This document shows, piece by piece, positions 43,649 to 57,890 of a DNA stretch of 64,000 bases. The position numbers and the translations under genes were made by a program. Under the pieces are notes generated by a model, which worked only from the letters and a program-made list of their open reading frames with translations, did not search any database and was not told the origin of the DNA. Each line of letters starts with the position of its first letter. Position 1 is the stretch's first letter. Source of the stretch: the human T2T-CHM13v2.0 reference genome, Homo sapiens; assembly GCF_009914755.1 (NCBI RefSeq), contig NC_060936.1; one strand, 5' to 3'.

Positions 43649-44434
43649 CAGTAAATTGACAGGTTCATAGATTATTGGAAATCTCACAACTTTTAGTGAA
43701 AAGATGTATAACAAACTCAATGTTACCACAGGCATTAGCCTTGGATGTAAACAAGAGCTAAACTCCTACACACTAATGTATTTCTAGTAACAAAAACATC
43801 ACCAAACTTCTGAATAAAGACACCAAAACGTCTAAATATTAAACACTGAAATAAATGTGAGCTATATATACATTTAAGACAGATCAGTAAAAACAAGGAA
43901 GATAATGATTTACCCAACGATTCCAGTTCAGGGCTGCAGGGGGCCAGAGCCTCTCCTGGCAGCTCAGGACACTGGGAGGGAACCCACCCCGGGTAGGGCA
44001 CCGATCACACACATAACTGCACTCACCCACTCTGGGACCACTGAGACTTGCCAATTCACCCAGCGTGCATGGCTTTGGGATGTGGGAGGAAACCAGAGGA
44101 CCTGGAGAAAACCCACATGGGGTGAACACACAAACCCCACAGGGTGAGCATGCAAACTCCACGGGGAGAATACGTAAACTCCATGGGGAGAGCATGCAAA
44201 CTCCACAGGATGAGCATGCAAACTCCATGGGGAGAACACACAAACTCCACGGGGAGAACATGCAAACTCCACGGGGAGAACATGCAAACAACATGGGGAG
44301 AGCATGCATACTCCACAGGGTGAGCACACAAACACCACAGGGAGAGCACACAAACTGCACACAGACAGTGGCCCTGGATGGGAAGCTATTTTTTTCTTAT
44401 CAATTATGATAAAATGATGTTATCTGAGGACCTG
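43649..44434 (-). mobile_element. MER6 (TcMar-Tigger family) DNA transposon
   Basis: Minus strand begins CAGGTCCTCAGATAACATC...GGCCACTGTCTGTGTG...GGGTTTTCTCCAGG...TTTCCTCCCACATCCCAAAG, as in the recalled MER6 consensus. Flanking TA at 43647-43648 and 44435-44436. Confidence 0.85.
44119..44360 (+). repeat. 22-bp minisatellite, 11 copies, inside MER6
   Basis: Consensus GGGGAGAACATGCAAACTCCAC; 242 bp = 11x22. Confidence 0.95.
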
Positions 44435-45834
44435 TATTTACCTCCCAGGATTCTGCAGGACTCGTTCCCATGAAAGCTTGCAGATAGTACCTGGCCGCCA
44501 AGTAAGGCTTGACCCATGAAGATTGCTAGTTACAGTAACGATAATAATAATTGGTATTATTTAGCTTGAACTACAAATTGAATGTTCTACTATGACCTAG
44601 GTGCTCAGGGACCCAGGGAAGATGAGGCCAGTCCTGGGAGCTGGGAAGCTGAGCCCAGGGGCAGGGGCACTCAAGGGTAATTCACGCTGGTGGGGCACGG
44701 ACCACATCAAGGGCTTCGGCTGGTGCCAAAGCTCCACTCTATCTGCTCTGGCCACTTCCCACTGTCCCTGAGTGCGGCTCACAGGCTACGGTGTCACCGG
44801 CATCTTCCTGCCAGGCCCTGCCGAATGGTTAAGATGCCTGCCTGCCTTTCATTCTGTGGCCCACATTCTGCAGAGAGCTCTTTGTTGTGGCCTCAGAGCT
44901 CGGCAGTCTCCACCTGAGATCTGAGTGCCTTCCTGGCAGAGTTCAGGGCCGAGGCCAGAGCCAGGGGAGGGAACTGGGCATGGACACCACCTGCTCTTAG
45001 GGTCTGCCAGGGCCCCAGGAGCTCTGAACAATGCGGATTTTCACACAAATGAACTGAGTTATTTTTCTCCATGGGAAAAGGGCACAGGGTGGGGAGAAGG
45101 GTCTGGCCAGGAGGGCAGGAGGCCAGCAGGCCTATTCTGAACATTTGAGGCTGCTGTGGGCACCTCCTGTGTCCCAGAGACATCAATCGGACAATAGGTG
45201 TTTCAGTGGGTGAGAGAGACTGACATCTCTAGCACGCCTGCTCTGTGCTGGACACACTCCAGGCATCACCTCACTTTCCCAATCCAGTGTCACACTCCCA
45301 GGGGAGGACGGATAGAGAGGTAAACCTGACTATCGTTTCAAGTTCAACCATTCACTACCTGTGTGACCTTGGGCAAGGTGCTTCATCTCTGCGTGCCTCA
45401 GTTCCCCTATCTGCAGAATGGGGAGATGAACAGCACCTCACTCACAGCGGTGGTGTGTGAATGACATGAGACCCCTCACTGCAAGGGATTTAGAAGAGTT
45501 CCTGGTCCCCAGTAAGGAAAGCTGCTACTATGGCTTTTGTTACTTCCCTGATCACTGTCAAATCAATGCCAGAAGGGGTACCCCTGTTAACATCTTTCAA
45601 ATGAGAAAACAGAAGCTCACAGGGAGGAACGACTTGCCCCAGGACAACAGCCAGAATGCGGAATCCAGGTCTTGCCCTGGAACACACAGCCAGAATGCAG
45701 AATCTGGGTCTTGCTGACTCCAAAGTTGATGCTCTTTTTCCTAAGCTGGTGGTTCCTAAACCTTTTGGGGCCCATGACCTCCTAGAAATCTGATGAAAAC
45801 AAAAGATCCTCTTGCCACACACGCAGACACAAAC

Positions 45835-45933
45835 GCAATTACCAGGCATTCCCAGTCCCTCTGAGGCCAGCCATACGGGGACCCAGGTAATGCAATTACC
45901 AGGCGTTCCCAGTTCCTCTGAGGCCAGCCATAC
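45835..45933 (+). repeat. 57-bp-period tandem duplication
   Basis: gcaattaccaggc.ttcccagt.cctctgaggccagccatac at 45835 and 45892. Confidence 0.9.
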
Positions 45934-47202
45934 TGGAAGACAAAGTTTCATGGATTCTTAGTTAAAAAACAATCCCCATCTTACATCTTGCTGTATTCTA
46001 CAGAGGGTGTTCTTTTGTTTTCAAGGGATTATCATGTTTCTTTGGAAAAGAGTGCTGAAAAATGCAATGAGGAATTCAGACTCTTTGGCTCCAAACTCTC
46101 AGGCCACCTTCTTGCCCCCTCTTCCTGGTCCACACAGGTGAGGCCAGCAGGGAGGTCTGACACTCTGCTGTGCTTGGCCCTGATGCCTGTGGATGGGTCA
46201 CATCCAGGGCCATATCAGCATCCTCTCCAACCTGGGCATCGTTTCTCAGGGCTGCTCCTGCCCCCGGGCAAACATAACCCCTACCTCTGGCAACATGCCC
46301 TGACATGTACGTAGGTTACCATACACACTGGACATTCTCTGTCTGGTCCCTCCACATCCATCCTCTGTCCTGCTCCATCCCCGGAAGGCTGAACCCTACT
46401 GAACGTGTCACAGGGACAATTTGGGCCTGTGGCCGACAGGTGGGATGGCCTGATGGGAGGCCGTGGCCGGAGAGCAGACGGCTGCAGGAGAGAGAGCTGC
46501 AGCTGTTCTGTCCCCAGCCCCTTCTTCCTGCTTTGCTGCTGCCCTCTGGCAGGGGCTGTGTCCCTCCACACTGCAGTGCCCACTGGTAGCTGCTCCTAGG
46601 CTCCTGTCCTCACTGGACCCCAGGAATATCACTTCCTCCCCCTGCCCTTTCAGCCCCTGGGGTGGTTAAGAGCTCTGACACTACTCCGCTCTGGGAGCCC
46701 CAGCAACCTGTTGCTCCATGGGCACTGCCTATACCCCCGTAAGCTGCCATTGCATGACAGGGTCTTTCTATGAGGCTCCTGTGCGAATTCTGCTCCCCCC
46801 TGGGGCCTTGGCCCATCTCCCGTGGCACTGGGGAAGGGTTCGTTAGTGCTCATCTTTGACATACTCGGGGAGCCCAGAGCTGATGTCCCCTTCCAGAACC
46901 TGGGAGGGCAGTGCTCTTTCAGAGGGACTCAGAGGGGTGGAAACACATGGCTCTGACACTCAAGCCCGCCCTGAGGGGCCTTATCTCACCTATGCATGTC
47001 AGCTTCCTCATCTGTACAATGGGGACAATGAAACATGCACATAACAGGGCCTTCTATGAGCACATGCTGTGCCAATTCTGAAGGGCCAGCAGTGTTTGTC
47101 ATTATGATTTGTTATTCATTCTCTCAGTTTCTGAAGGAACCCTGCAGATCTTGGGTTCATGGTCCCGATGAGTTAGAAGGGCCAAAGCCATGAAGTCAGT
47201 GA

Positions 47203-47569
<367 letters not shown>

Positions 47570-50499
47570 TGAGTGACGTTTGCTAGTATAACATAGTTGG
47601 GGCCAGTGGGTGGGGTGGGAGGCTCTACAGCCGGTCTGGAGATCAAGTCTGAGCTCTGCCACTTCCTTGCTGAGTAGACATAGCACTGCCTACAGCTGCT
47701 ACAGTTGCTGTGAGCACTGAGATGATGCCGGTGTGAGGATGGCCCCCTGATGCACAGTAAGTGCTTAATAAACAGTAGTCGTCATAAATTACTGCAGTGC
47801 TTGGCAGGCCTCAGTTCTCTCATCTGTGAAATGGGGCTAATAGTGTCCATCTCATAGAGCTGCTAGGGAGTGAATGGGAAGATGTAGGCAAATGAAGAAC
47901 TGTCTTTGTTACTGTTATCATTCTATCTGCCCCTGTCTGGGCCTTGGCCTGGCTGGTAAGTGGCTGTGGAGACAGTCAATCCCACAGAAATGCTGCCAGC
48001 TAAGTCTTTCCACTGTGGCGAGGCAATAGTGCTGTCTTTGGAACTCAATTTATTGAAGGGGGCTTCTCTCTAAGGCAGGGCAGAACCGCTGAGCCTGCAC
48101 TCCTCGGCTGGCCCCGGGGTTGGGGGATGGGGGTGGCGGGGCAGATGGGCCCCCGTCTCCACTCCAGGGAGAGTCCCTTACACAAACATTTGCCGACGGG
48201 CGCATTTGGGCTTGTCAATGGTTGTCGATAAGGACAGGCTCTCTTTCTGCACATCAGGATTTGGGGTCTTATTGAGTTGTGAGCTTGCAACTGTGTATTT
48301 AGCCTTCATTTCTCTGGTTCCACATTTGCCTCAGCTCGAATATTCCCCAGTCTGAGACTGGGAGCCTGGCATGTGCCAGGTACTATGCTGGGCACGGGGG
48401 ACCCAGGGAAGAACTGATCACTAAGAGAGATGAGCACGACACAGCCCCCATGTGGGGAAGGCACGGGTCCAGAGAGGATAACAAACCGTAAAGAAATAAG
48501 TTACAACGTGGCAAGAAGGCACGGTGACAGAAGAGGAGAGTAGAGGATGGAGAAATTACTGATACCTGTGGAGGGGGAGGGAAAGCGAAGGCTTCCTGGA
48601 GGAGGTGTCATTCTATCTGGGTTTTGAAGGCATTTATCAGGTTAAAAAAAAAAAGTGAGGGGCAAGGCATTCTAAGCAGAGGGAACAGCATGTGCAAAGG
48701 CACAGAATCCTGTCTGGAGTCTGGGGAACAATGAACTCTGTGGGAGGTGTGGTGGGAGGAAGGAGGAGTCTGGGAAGACCACAGTGTGGGCAGGAGGCAG
48801 TGTTCTGAAGCGTGTGGCAGCTGGGCTAGAATCAAGGGGCTTCCCTGCTATCTCTGGAGTTCCAAGTCCACTTGTGGGGGATGCAGTCCTGCTGCATTGC
48901 TGAGACGCTGCTTCTCAGAAGCCCAGTCGTTTCGCCCTAAGCAAGACCAGTGGCCCCACTGGAAGGCTCCTATCTCCATAAGAGAAACTGTTCCCAAGGT
49001 GCTGCCTGGTTTGGCAACAGAGCTGCACCGGTCAGGCGAGGGAATAATCACTCCTGGCTCCAGGTTCCATGTCTACGCAGAGAAGTGGGGTTGGGGGATG
49101 CTGGCAGCAAACACCCCTAGTCTGTACCCAGGTGACACCCGAGGCCCTGAGCTGCCCCACAGAGAAGGGATGGATGAGGGCACAATGGTGGCTCCATCCA
49201 GGAAAGGTCCTGAGACCTGGGACCCAGGCGACAATGAGGTGGGGAGGAATGCGGTGGCGTGCCAGGAAGACCTCAGAGCACCATGGGTGGCACCACAGAC
49301 AGGACTGTTCCCCATCACGGAGCCTGGCTTTTCTGGGCATGCAAAAGGCAGAGAAGCTCCCCAGCTGGGTGAACCATCGCCAAGTAAGCGGGATCCAAAG
49401 TGGGTGGAAAGCCAGCAGCTGCCCTTTTGCTGCCGGGCCCAGGCCACAGTGGAAGCACTTCTGTGATGGGAGGCGGAGGTGTGGAGATGGGGATCAAGGT
49501 CAAGTACCCCTTGATATCCCAAGTTTGGAGGGTGTGTACCTGACAGCAAGGGGCACCTGCCATACTTTCCATGTGTCCAGGGTGGAGCGATTCTTGGGGC
49601 TGTCTCACCCTCTCCTCACCTGACTGAACACAACCTCTTGGAGAAGACGAGGCCCTGCTGACCTCATCTGCTCCCTCTCTCCTCCCCTCACCTCCAGCCA
49701 TGCTGTCCTCCCTGTTTCTCACACATACCGAGCTTGCTCCAACCTGGGGGTCTCCCCTGCCCCTGGCCTCCTGCTTAGGCAGCCCTTTGTTGGGTACAGA
49801 TGTCACCTCTGCAGTGAAGCCTCTCTAGCCCACCTGATGAGGAATGTGTCCCAGCCTCTTCCACCTGAGCCTAGGGCCCTGCTTGGTTACTGTCATGTGG
49901 GTGCATGAGGTCACAGCGGGCGCTCAGTATTTTCTGGCCACCACCTGAATAGTCACTGAGGCCACATGACACCACCAAGGTGGGTAAGAGGTGAGTGAGA
50001 CCTGTGGGCATCAGCCCTCCGGCAGGAAGTGGACCGGGTCATGGAGGAAAGTGATCAGCAAGAGTGTGGTCCCCAGGGCTGGCCACCAGGAAGGCCGTGA
50101 GCATCCCTGCCCTGCGGACACCGGAATCTGAACACAGAGCACTGTGAGGACAGAGCCAACGGCCACGAGCTGTGACCTGGCAACCTGGCAGGCAGGGAGG
50201 GATAAACACTCTGACCTCTGTCTCTTCCTGCCAAGGCCCCCAGTGACCTAACCCGACTGCAACCCAAAGGGGCACAGAACCCAGATGCTTCCATGTAGGC
50301 CAGTCTCCCGGCAGGGAGTGCCCAAGGAAGGTGGACAGCAGGTCTGGAGGGGCTGTGGGAGGATGCCCAGCAGGAGGTGCTTGGCAGCCCTTGTGCCCAT
50401 AGCCTGCTGGGTCGAGGGCAGTTCTCTCAGATGTCCCACCCACCTCTTGTGTTCCCCAGGGGGCCCATGAGTCAGCCCAAAAGACCGTCCCGCTCCTAC

Positions 50500-50620
50500 C
50501 GTGAAAGTGAGCGGCCGTCTTCTGCCGCAGGGCCTGCAGGGTCACCTCGGAGTCGGCCCACTCCAGCACCAGCCTCCGCCCGTACAAGTGGGTGCTGTGA
50601 CACAGGGCGTTGAAGGCTCT
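50500..50620 (-). CDS. RBM19: RBM19 penultimate coding exon (end of last RRM)
   Basis: Minus strand reads TTTCTTGTCCCTCTGCAG|AGA GCC TTC...TTT CAC G|GTAGGA. The 121 bp (40 codons +1 nt) encode RAFNALCHSTHLYGRRLVLEWADSEVTLQALRQKTAAHFH, recognised as the RBM19/Mrd1 C-terminal RRM. AG is at 50621-50622 and GT at 50498-50499. Phase matches the next exon. Confidence 0.95.
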
Positions 50621-51269
50621 CTGCAGAGGGACAAGAAACGAAACTGCACATCAGCTGGATCAGTGCGGCAGACACTCCACTCTGCCTGCCAGCTGCCTGC
50701 CTGCATCTCAGATGCCAAAGCCCAGGTTCTGGCCCCGTGACATCTGATCTCCAGCGAGGGTTTGGGGAGCGGTTGGGCACATCTATTTAATTAGTGGGTT
50801 GCATTCCCAGGGAGAAAGCTGCAAGTGACTGAGCAGTCAATATATCTGCCGTCTGGGCTGTAATTGGTGCCTGGGCTGAGGCAGCCGTCTATTTGCCGTG
50901 TGTCATCCGATCTGTGGAGGGCGACCCCATTAGTGGGCTCGCCTCCCACCCGGCTGTCTGCATGGCGGCCACTTGAGAAAGCCGAGCCCTGGCCGGCTGC
51001 TGGATGACAAGCGTGCAGGCCTCTGGGTGTCACTGGGTGTCGCTCTCCTTCACTGCCCTGGTGACTCTGTCCCCCACGCTGCTCTTGAAGGGGCCCCTTC
51101 TGTCTCTGCTGCCAGTGCCCTTCGCTTCCTCGCTGGTTCCCCCAGCCCTGCGCTCCCAACTCCCGCTCCCAGCTCCCACCCCCAGCTCAGCAGCCTGGGT
51201 CCTGGCACAGGCTGTTCCCGCTTACTCTTTGCTGTTCCCGACTCCCACATGCTGCCTGGTTCCCTCTTT

Positions 51270-51527
51270 CTGCTTTTTAACAGCTATACTGAGACAGAAT
51301 TCACATACTATATACACTGCTTGTCTGAAGACAATTCAATGCGTTTTAGTATAATCGCAGAGCTGTGCAAAATGTCATCAAATCAATTTTAGAACATTTT
51401 CATCACCCCCAAAGGAAACCCCACACCCCTTAGCTAGCAGTCCCCCAGCCCCTGGCAACCACCAGTCTGCTTTCTGTCTCTATGGATTTGCATATTCTGG
51501 ACATTTCATAGGAACGGAATCATACGG
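51270..51527 (-). mobile_element. L1MB/L1ME-type 3' fragment
   Basis: aattttagaacattttcatcacccc...tttctgtctctatggatttg...ggaatcatac. Confidence 0.8.
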
Positions 51528-52184
51528 TAGTGATCAGTACCGTCTTAAACATCGCTAGGTCTCAAGTTCAATGGCACTGCACAGGGACGCCCTAACTTGA
51601 TGGGCTCATCCCCAAACACTCCCACGGCACAGAGAGGCCGTGAGCTTAGTGGCCAAAAGCTTGGAGTCTGAGGTCACCCTGACCAGGAAGGACAGACCCC
51701 GCAGGTCCTAACTTGAAGATCTTGGGCAAGTTAAAGAAATCTTCCTGGACTCTGTTTCCTTATCCATAAAACGGGTATGTTCATATATGCCAATCTCAAG
51801 GGTTCTAGGGACAAAAATGAGTTAACAGCGTCTAGAACAGTATGGGCACACCATAATTACTCAATAGATGCTACTTCTCGTTGCTGTTGTTTTGTTACCG
51901 TAGACATCACATTTGCAGCTGCTTTCTCTCAGCAGACAGCTTTCGGGCAGGCATTAGTTTAAAGAGCAGTAGGCTCCAGGTGCTTGAGCATTGGCAGTGG
52001 AGAGCAACGGTGGCTAAGAAGGCCCTTTGCTTTGCTTCTGGGTTGCAGAGAGCACCAGTGGGTACAAGAAGAGGAGGGGTTTGCTGCTCTTGTTTCTTTT
52101 ATGCTGTGAAGAATCATATAACTGGAAGGGTCTGGATGGGAACCCATCCAACTGTGCTCCTTATCTACAATGTAGCTCCTATGG

Positions 52185-52905
52185 TCAGACCCTGTCCCGC
52201 AAGAGGGGCCATGTTGAGTCCTAACCCCCTGTGCTTCAGTATGTGACCTTATTTGGAAATAGGTAGCTGCAGATGTAATCAGTCAAGACGAGGTCATACT
52301 GGAGAACAGCAGGCCCTGAGCCAATGACTAGTGTCATTGGATGGCCATGTGAAGACAGAGACACATGGCAAATGCCGTGGGGAGATGGAGGCAGAGACTG
52401 GGTGATGAGTCTACAAACCAAGGATGCCAACTGTCCCCAGCAGCCAGGGGAGAGGCACCAAACAGGATTTCCCTCGGAAGGAACCAATCCTGCCAGCACC
52501 TTGATTTTGGACTTCTGGCCTCCAGAACTGTGAGACACATTTCTGGATTTTTAAAATGTGTTTTGAGGCAAGGTCTCGCTGTCACCCAGGCTAGAGTGCA
52601 GTGGTGTGATCATGGCTCACTGCATCCTCGAACCCCTGGGCTCAAGCAATCCTCCCACCTTGGCCTACCGAGTAACTGGGACCACAGGCACATGCTGCAA
52701 TGCCTCGCTAAGTTTTTAATTTTTTGTAGAGACGGGGTCTCCCTACATTGCCCAGGCTGGTCTTGAACTCCTGAACTCTAGTGATCCTCCTGCCTCAGCT
52801 TCCCAAAGTGCTGGGATTACAGGCCTGAGCCACTGTACCCAGCCCATTTCTGTGGTTTGAAGCCATCCGGTCTGTGGCGTTTTGTTATAGTAGCCCTAGG
52901 GAAAG
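52185..52905 (+). mobile_element. MLT1-family LTR interrupted by AluJ-like element (52561-52845, -)
   Basis: tgtgaccttatttggaaatagg...ggacttctggcctccagaactgtgaga...tttgttatagtagccctagg. Confidence 0.85.
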
Positions 52906-55900
52906 GACGCAATGCCCTTGGGTAATCAACTGCCACATCTTGAGCCTCCGTTTCCTCATCCCTATTGGGGCTGGCTGTGAGATTTACACAAAACGAGCAC
53001 AGAGGGCAGCACATAATACACATTCAATAAACAAATGAATCCGAAGAGACAAAAGGGAGGTGACTAGAACATGCATCTTTTTAAAACTAGACATGCAGCC
53101 AAATTAAAGAAACGCTTTGTTCTCTTCTGTGCTGTTCTGTGAAGGACCAGGTGCAGAAAACTTTTTCTTTCCTTTTTTTTTTAACTTTAATTTAAAAAAC
53201 TCTTTCTGACTGCCAGCAGAGCCTCTGCATTTTTTTCCATGTGGATATAAAAATGCATCTGGACTCTGAGCCGAAATGGCCCATTCAGAGCTTTAAAACA
53301 CACGCGTTCTCAGCTGGCGAGGCAGAGAAATGGCTTGACTGGGGGAGCTGGGGTTTTAAGATGGGGGAGAGGAATTGGTGGGGAGTCTGGTGTGGCGGAT
53401 GTTCCATCCTCGTGCCAGGGTCCCTGAGGAGCTGTGGTCCCGGGGACACGGTGGGGTGGGGGTGGCCAAGGGGATGCATCTGGTGAATGCTAGGCTGGAA
53501 CTCTCAAGAACGGAATAAGATCCCAGGAGGTAGGTCCGGGTGAGAGGCCCCAACCCCAGCCTCTCTGTTTCCCACTGTCAGATTTCAATGTTTCTTTCTC
53601 TCCCTTGGAAGCCAGTTCTCTATTCCCGTACCACAGAAAGCCCAGGAGATCTCTATTCATTGCAGGAGTCACTAAAAATTCCCTCTTTTGGCTTCTTTGC
53701 GACATCACCTCTCACAAATCTTTCTCTCTTCCCTCTGCACTCCTCTGACACGTTATTGGCCTCTCTCTGGAAGAGCTCTTCATGGTAAGAGGGGTGGTGG
53801 CATGGCAGTTTAGAGGGTGGGCTCTGCTGCTGGCCTGCCTTGGTTCAAATCCCTGCTCCAGTGCTTATGAGCTGTGTGATCTCAGGCAAGCTGCTGAACC
53901 TCTCTGAGCCCGAGCTTCCTCATATGTAAAAGGAGGGCAGCAGCAAAGAGTAGTGAGAATTCAGAGAACTGTTAAGTCTGACACTTAGAACACTGGCACA
54001 TAACATGTGTCACTTAAGATTGGCTGTTATTATGATGATGTATGCCTCCACTTTTCATTATCAGGCTAAAGAGTGGGGAGAAGGGAAGGTAAGACACAAA
54101 AGCTCTTTTGTATTTGAAGTTAGAGCACAATACGTGGTTCTCCAAAAATAGCAGAATTACCCTGCTGAGTTCTAGTCCCTGCAGGTTAATATGAAATCAG
54201 GTTGCATTCCCAAGTGCCCACTGCCTGGGTGGCTGGAATGTGGTGGCCTCAAACTGTCGCAGGCAGTGTGAGGACAGTGATTTGAGGCTAAAATAGGCCT
54301 TGGATAATCCAGAGTAATTGTGTTTCATTAAAAGAGCATAACGAGAGCTTGTTATATTTGACACATTCTAGGGGCAAGGCAGGTGGGGAGGAGGAGGAAG
54401 ATGCAGGCCCGGGTCTCAAGGGGCTTTTGGGTTGGCACAGAAAAGACTGTGAGGAGCTTGGAAGGTTCCAGCCATCACAGAGGGAAAAGCACAAGCCAGA
54501 GAGGTCCACTAGCAGCTCCCTCCCTGGTGTCTACCTACACTTGACCCCACTGAAACTTGACCTCCACCTTCTCCCAAGCGTTTTTCTAAACCTCAGCTGC
54601 GGGCAAGATGCTCCTCTGCCAAAACAGCCCCTGGGCTTGTTCATCTCAGGAGACTGAGGAGTTACTGCACCTTTGTTCCTCTCCAAGTCTGGCTCCTGCT
54701 GTCTGATTTTCCTTTTGTGGCATCGAAGGCCTTCTTAGCATGGATGATCCTATCTCCTAGCTCCACGGCACTCCAAGCATATGACCTCAGCCTACTCCTG
54801 AGAACAGACATTATTCTCCTATTTCAATGAATGGGAAACTGAGGCACTGGCCAAGGTTTGTATGCAGGTCAACTTCCTTCTCCTTCTTCCTTTTGGCCTC
54901 TACACGTTGTCTCTGGCCCCTTACACAGACGGCCCAGGGAGGGTTCTGCTCCTCCTGCACAGGCAACAGCCAGGCACCCTCCCTGTGCCCTGGACACCTG
55001 GCCTCCGTTTCCAGAACCTGCTCCCTGCCCCATAATGCCTTCTGTGTGCCAGTCTTCCTGACTCAATCTTGAACCCTGGAGGGAAGGCGCTCCATGCTTA
55101 AGATCCTCAGCCTGGTGCTGGGGCAGAGGCCACTCAGTCAATGTTCACAAAGCACACTGTGGCGTCTCCTTCACTGGGTGTCTTGAGAACACGTCTCCAG
55201 ACTGGGGTAGATGGTTAGGCTGGTCCTAGCTGGGGACGCAGGGCTGGCTTAGACGTCCTGCCACAGTTCCCTTCAAACCCCTGCACTTTATAGACTACAA
55301 ACGCAACGGGGATAGGAGTATGTCCCGTTCTGAGAGAGCAGGCAGTGCCTGACCATCCAGACGAGTGGGACATTTGGCCTTTTGAAACGATACACAAATA
55401 ATCTTGGGTCTGGCTCTGCTCCCAACATGCCTGGCTTGGGGCTTTGCAGGATGGGAACAGTAACCTGCACCACTATGGCTCGAGAGATCGCATGTCAGAC
55501 CCCCAGATGGTCTGCTGGAGAGGCCTGAAGATCCAGCACAGAACCCCGAGGATGCAGGAGTCCAGCAAAACGAACGTCACAGAAGAGAAGCCACCTCTGC
55601 TCTTGGGAGCACTTCCTGCCATCATTGATGGCCAGGGCTGATTATTCCTGGTCCCTCCTCCCCCATCCTCTACGCTTTAGGAGCCAACTCTGCACAGTGT
55701 GACCAGGGCTCCCTTGGCCTCTGGTTTCTACTGAGGTGAAGCAAATGGGTGGCACTTCTGGGAGACTGGAGGAAAGAGGGGAAGAGGGAGGAGAGAGGTT
55801 GGTGCTGCGTACCTCCCCCTCCCTGCAGGGCTATAGCTCCTGCTCAAGGCCTCTCCTCAGCAGCTCCAGCCCTGGCTTTCCTTCCAACCCTCCTCTTGGC

Positions 55901-57600
55901 CTAAGGGAGATGACAGTTCTGGGGGCTTCGCCATCCCTGGGGAATCCCTTAGCCCTACCTATGCCTCCATAAATACCTCTTCATTCACACCACCTGGGGG
56001 TGGGGGTAGATTCTGTTTCTTGCCAGATCCCTGGCAGGATCTGGAGTCCCTTTGCCTTGACCGGGGGACAGGTGGATTTCCTACTTCAGATGGGGTGTCT
56101 CGCATGCCTTGGCCCTACTCAGAATTTGAGGCCTACCCAGGAAAGCTCTGAGCAGGTCTAGCCAGACTCCAGGGCTGCCCTCATGATCCAGCTCTCTGGC
56201 TCTGCTGTCCTGAAATCACAGCTCTTTGAGCTCCTCTGACTCAAGCCATGGACTCCAGGCATCAAGAGGCCTGGCCTCCTGCCGCCTTTTCTGAATTCCC
56301 TTAGAAGGCAATCTGCTAAGGTGGTGTGGGGTTGACAGCTGCAGGCTAGACTGTGGCCCAGCCTGGTGGCCTCTTTCAAGAACTGGGAAGGCATTGGAAG
56401 GCTGCCATTGCAGCACTGGGCCTGACCTTTCTGCAGCTTCCCTGGAGACAGACCTCCTCTCAGCAACAAAAGGCATTGCATGCCCTTGGCAGGACTTCCA
56501 TCCCAAGGGGCTGCGAAGAACTGCCCAGGGCCACGGCTTCTGGGCAGAGCTGAGGACAGTATTCCTGTCTTTAGAACTCTAAGGCATTCTCCTGGCCCCT
56601 TCTGCTCCTCAGGGAGCTGTCCCTGGCAAAGCCAGAGGGCTGCATCTCTCAGCAGACGATAAATCTGTCCTAACAAGGACGACATCAACCCCTCCGAAAC
56701 CTGCTGTGCCCCCAACACCTAGAGTAAGTGGCTGGCACTGTTGGGGGCTCTCTGCAGAGGTGGTCAAAAAATTGAGGCCAAGGACTTCTGGGAGGAGGGT
56801 CTGCCTCCCTGGGGTGTTTTAACGCCATCACCCTGAGAGAGAGATAGATCCTTTCCTTCGGTCCCAAGGCTCCCACTGTCCTGTGAGTAAGCTCTCAGCA
56901 AACCTCACTAGCTGCTTCCATCCTCACAGGGTAGCTGTCTGCTAGGCAGGAGTTTGCCCAGAATAAGTTAAGCTCCCTGCACAATCTTGGGTGACTCCCA
57001 TCCCGGTCCCTTCCCAGAAATGACACCATGGAGCTGAGGGTGAACTTCTAGGAGAGACATCCAGGGTCAGCTTCTGGGTGATGCTGTCTGAACTCTTCAG
57101 ACAAAGAGGCACCTCTCCCTCTCATTCATTCATTCCCTAGCTCGCTCAGCTCAGTGCGATTCGGCTCAAAGTCTCTGGGGAGCTGATTGTGAGGCAAACA
57201 TGAGACGAGGAGACAAAAGTGGGACACACTTTGGACCTCTGCAAGTTTATAGCACCCCTGGGAGAGGAAAGAGAGCCACTAGGGAGAGAGGGCCAATGCC
57301 AGGGACCCAAGGGCACCAAGCCACAAGGCCACGGGCAGCACGGACAGCTGAGGCTCTGGGCTCCCCTCAGGCACAGGCCTGGGCCTGCTGCTTTCAATAA
57401 ACTTCTCTGAGTTTTCAATTTTTCAACTGCAAAATGGGGGTGCTTCAGCCTCTCAGAGCTGCTGGGAAGCATAAATAAGACAGCAACTCTTCCTTTAGCC
57501 CAACGCCTGGCATAATGGGAAGGGCCTAATTCCTGGTACCTGTTGCTGGTGCCATTTGTGGTAAAGTTTTTTTTTTTTTTTTTTAATTTAAATTATTTTA

Positions 57601-57890
<290 letters not shown>

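Noticed and set aside
43884-44409. Cys-rich repetitive ORFs
   Set aside because: Translation of the 22-bp array in MER6.
48747-49466. Longest ORF (239 aa) and other 60-220 aa ORFs in the track
   Set aside because: No recognisable domains, frequent non-ATG starts and overlap in several frames, as expected in GC-rich non-coding DNA.
50039-50587. 182-aa ORF as an intact gene
   Set aside because: Only the part within 50500-50587 is RBM19 exon. The remainder is read-through past the GT donor.
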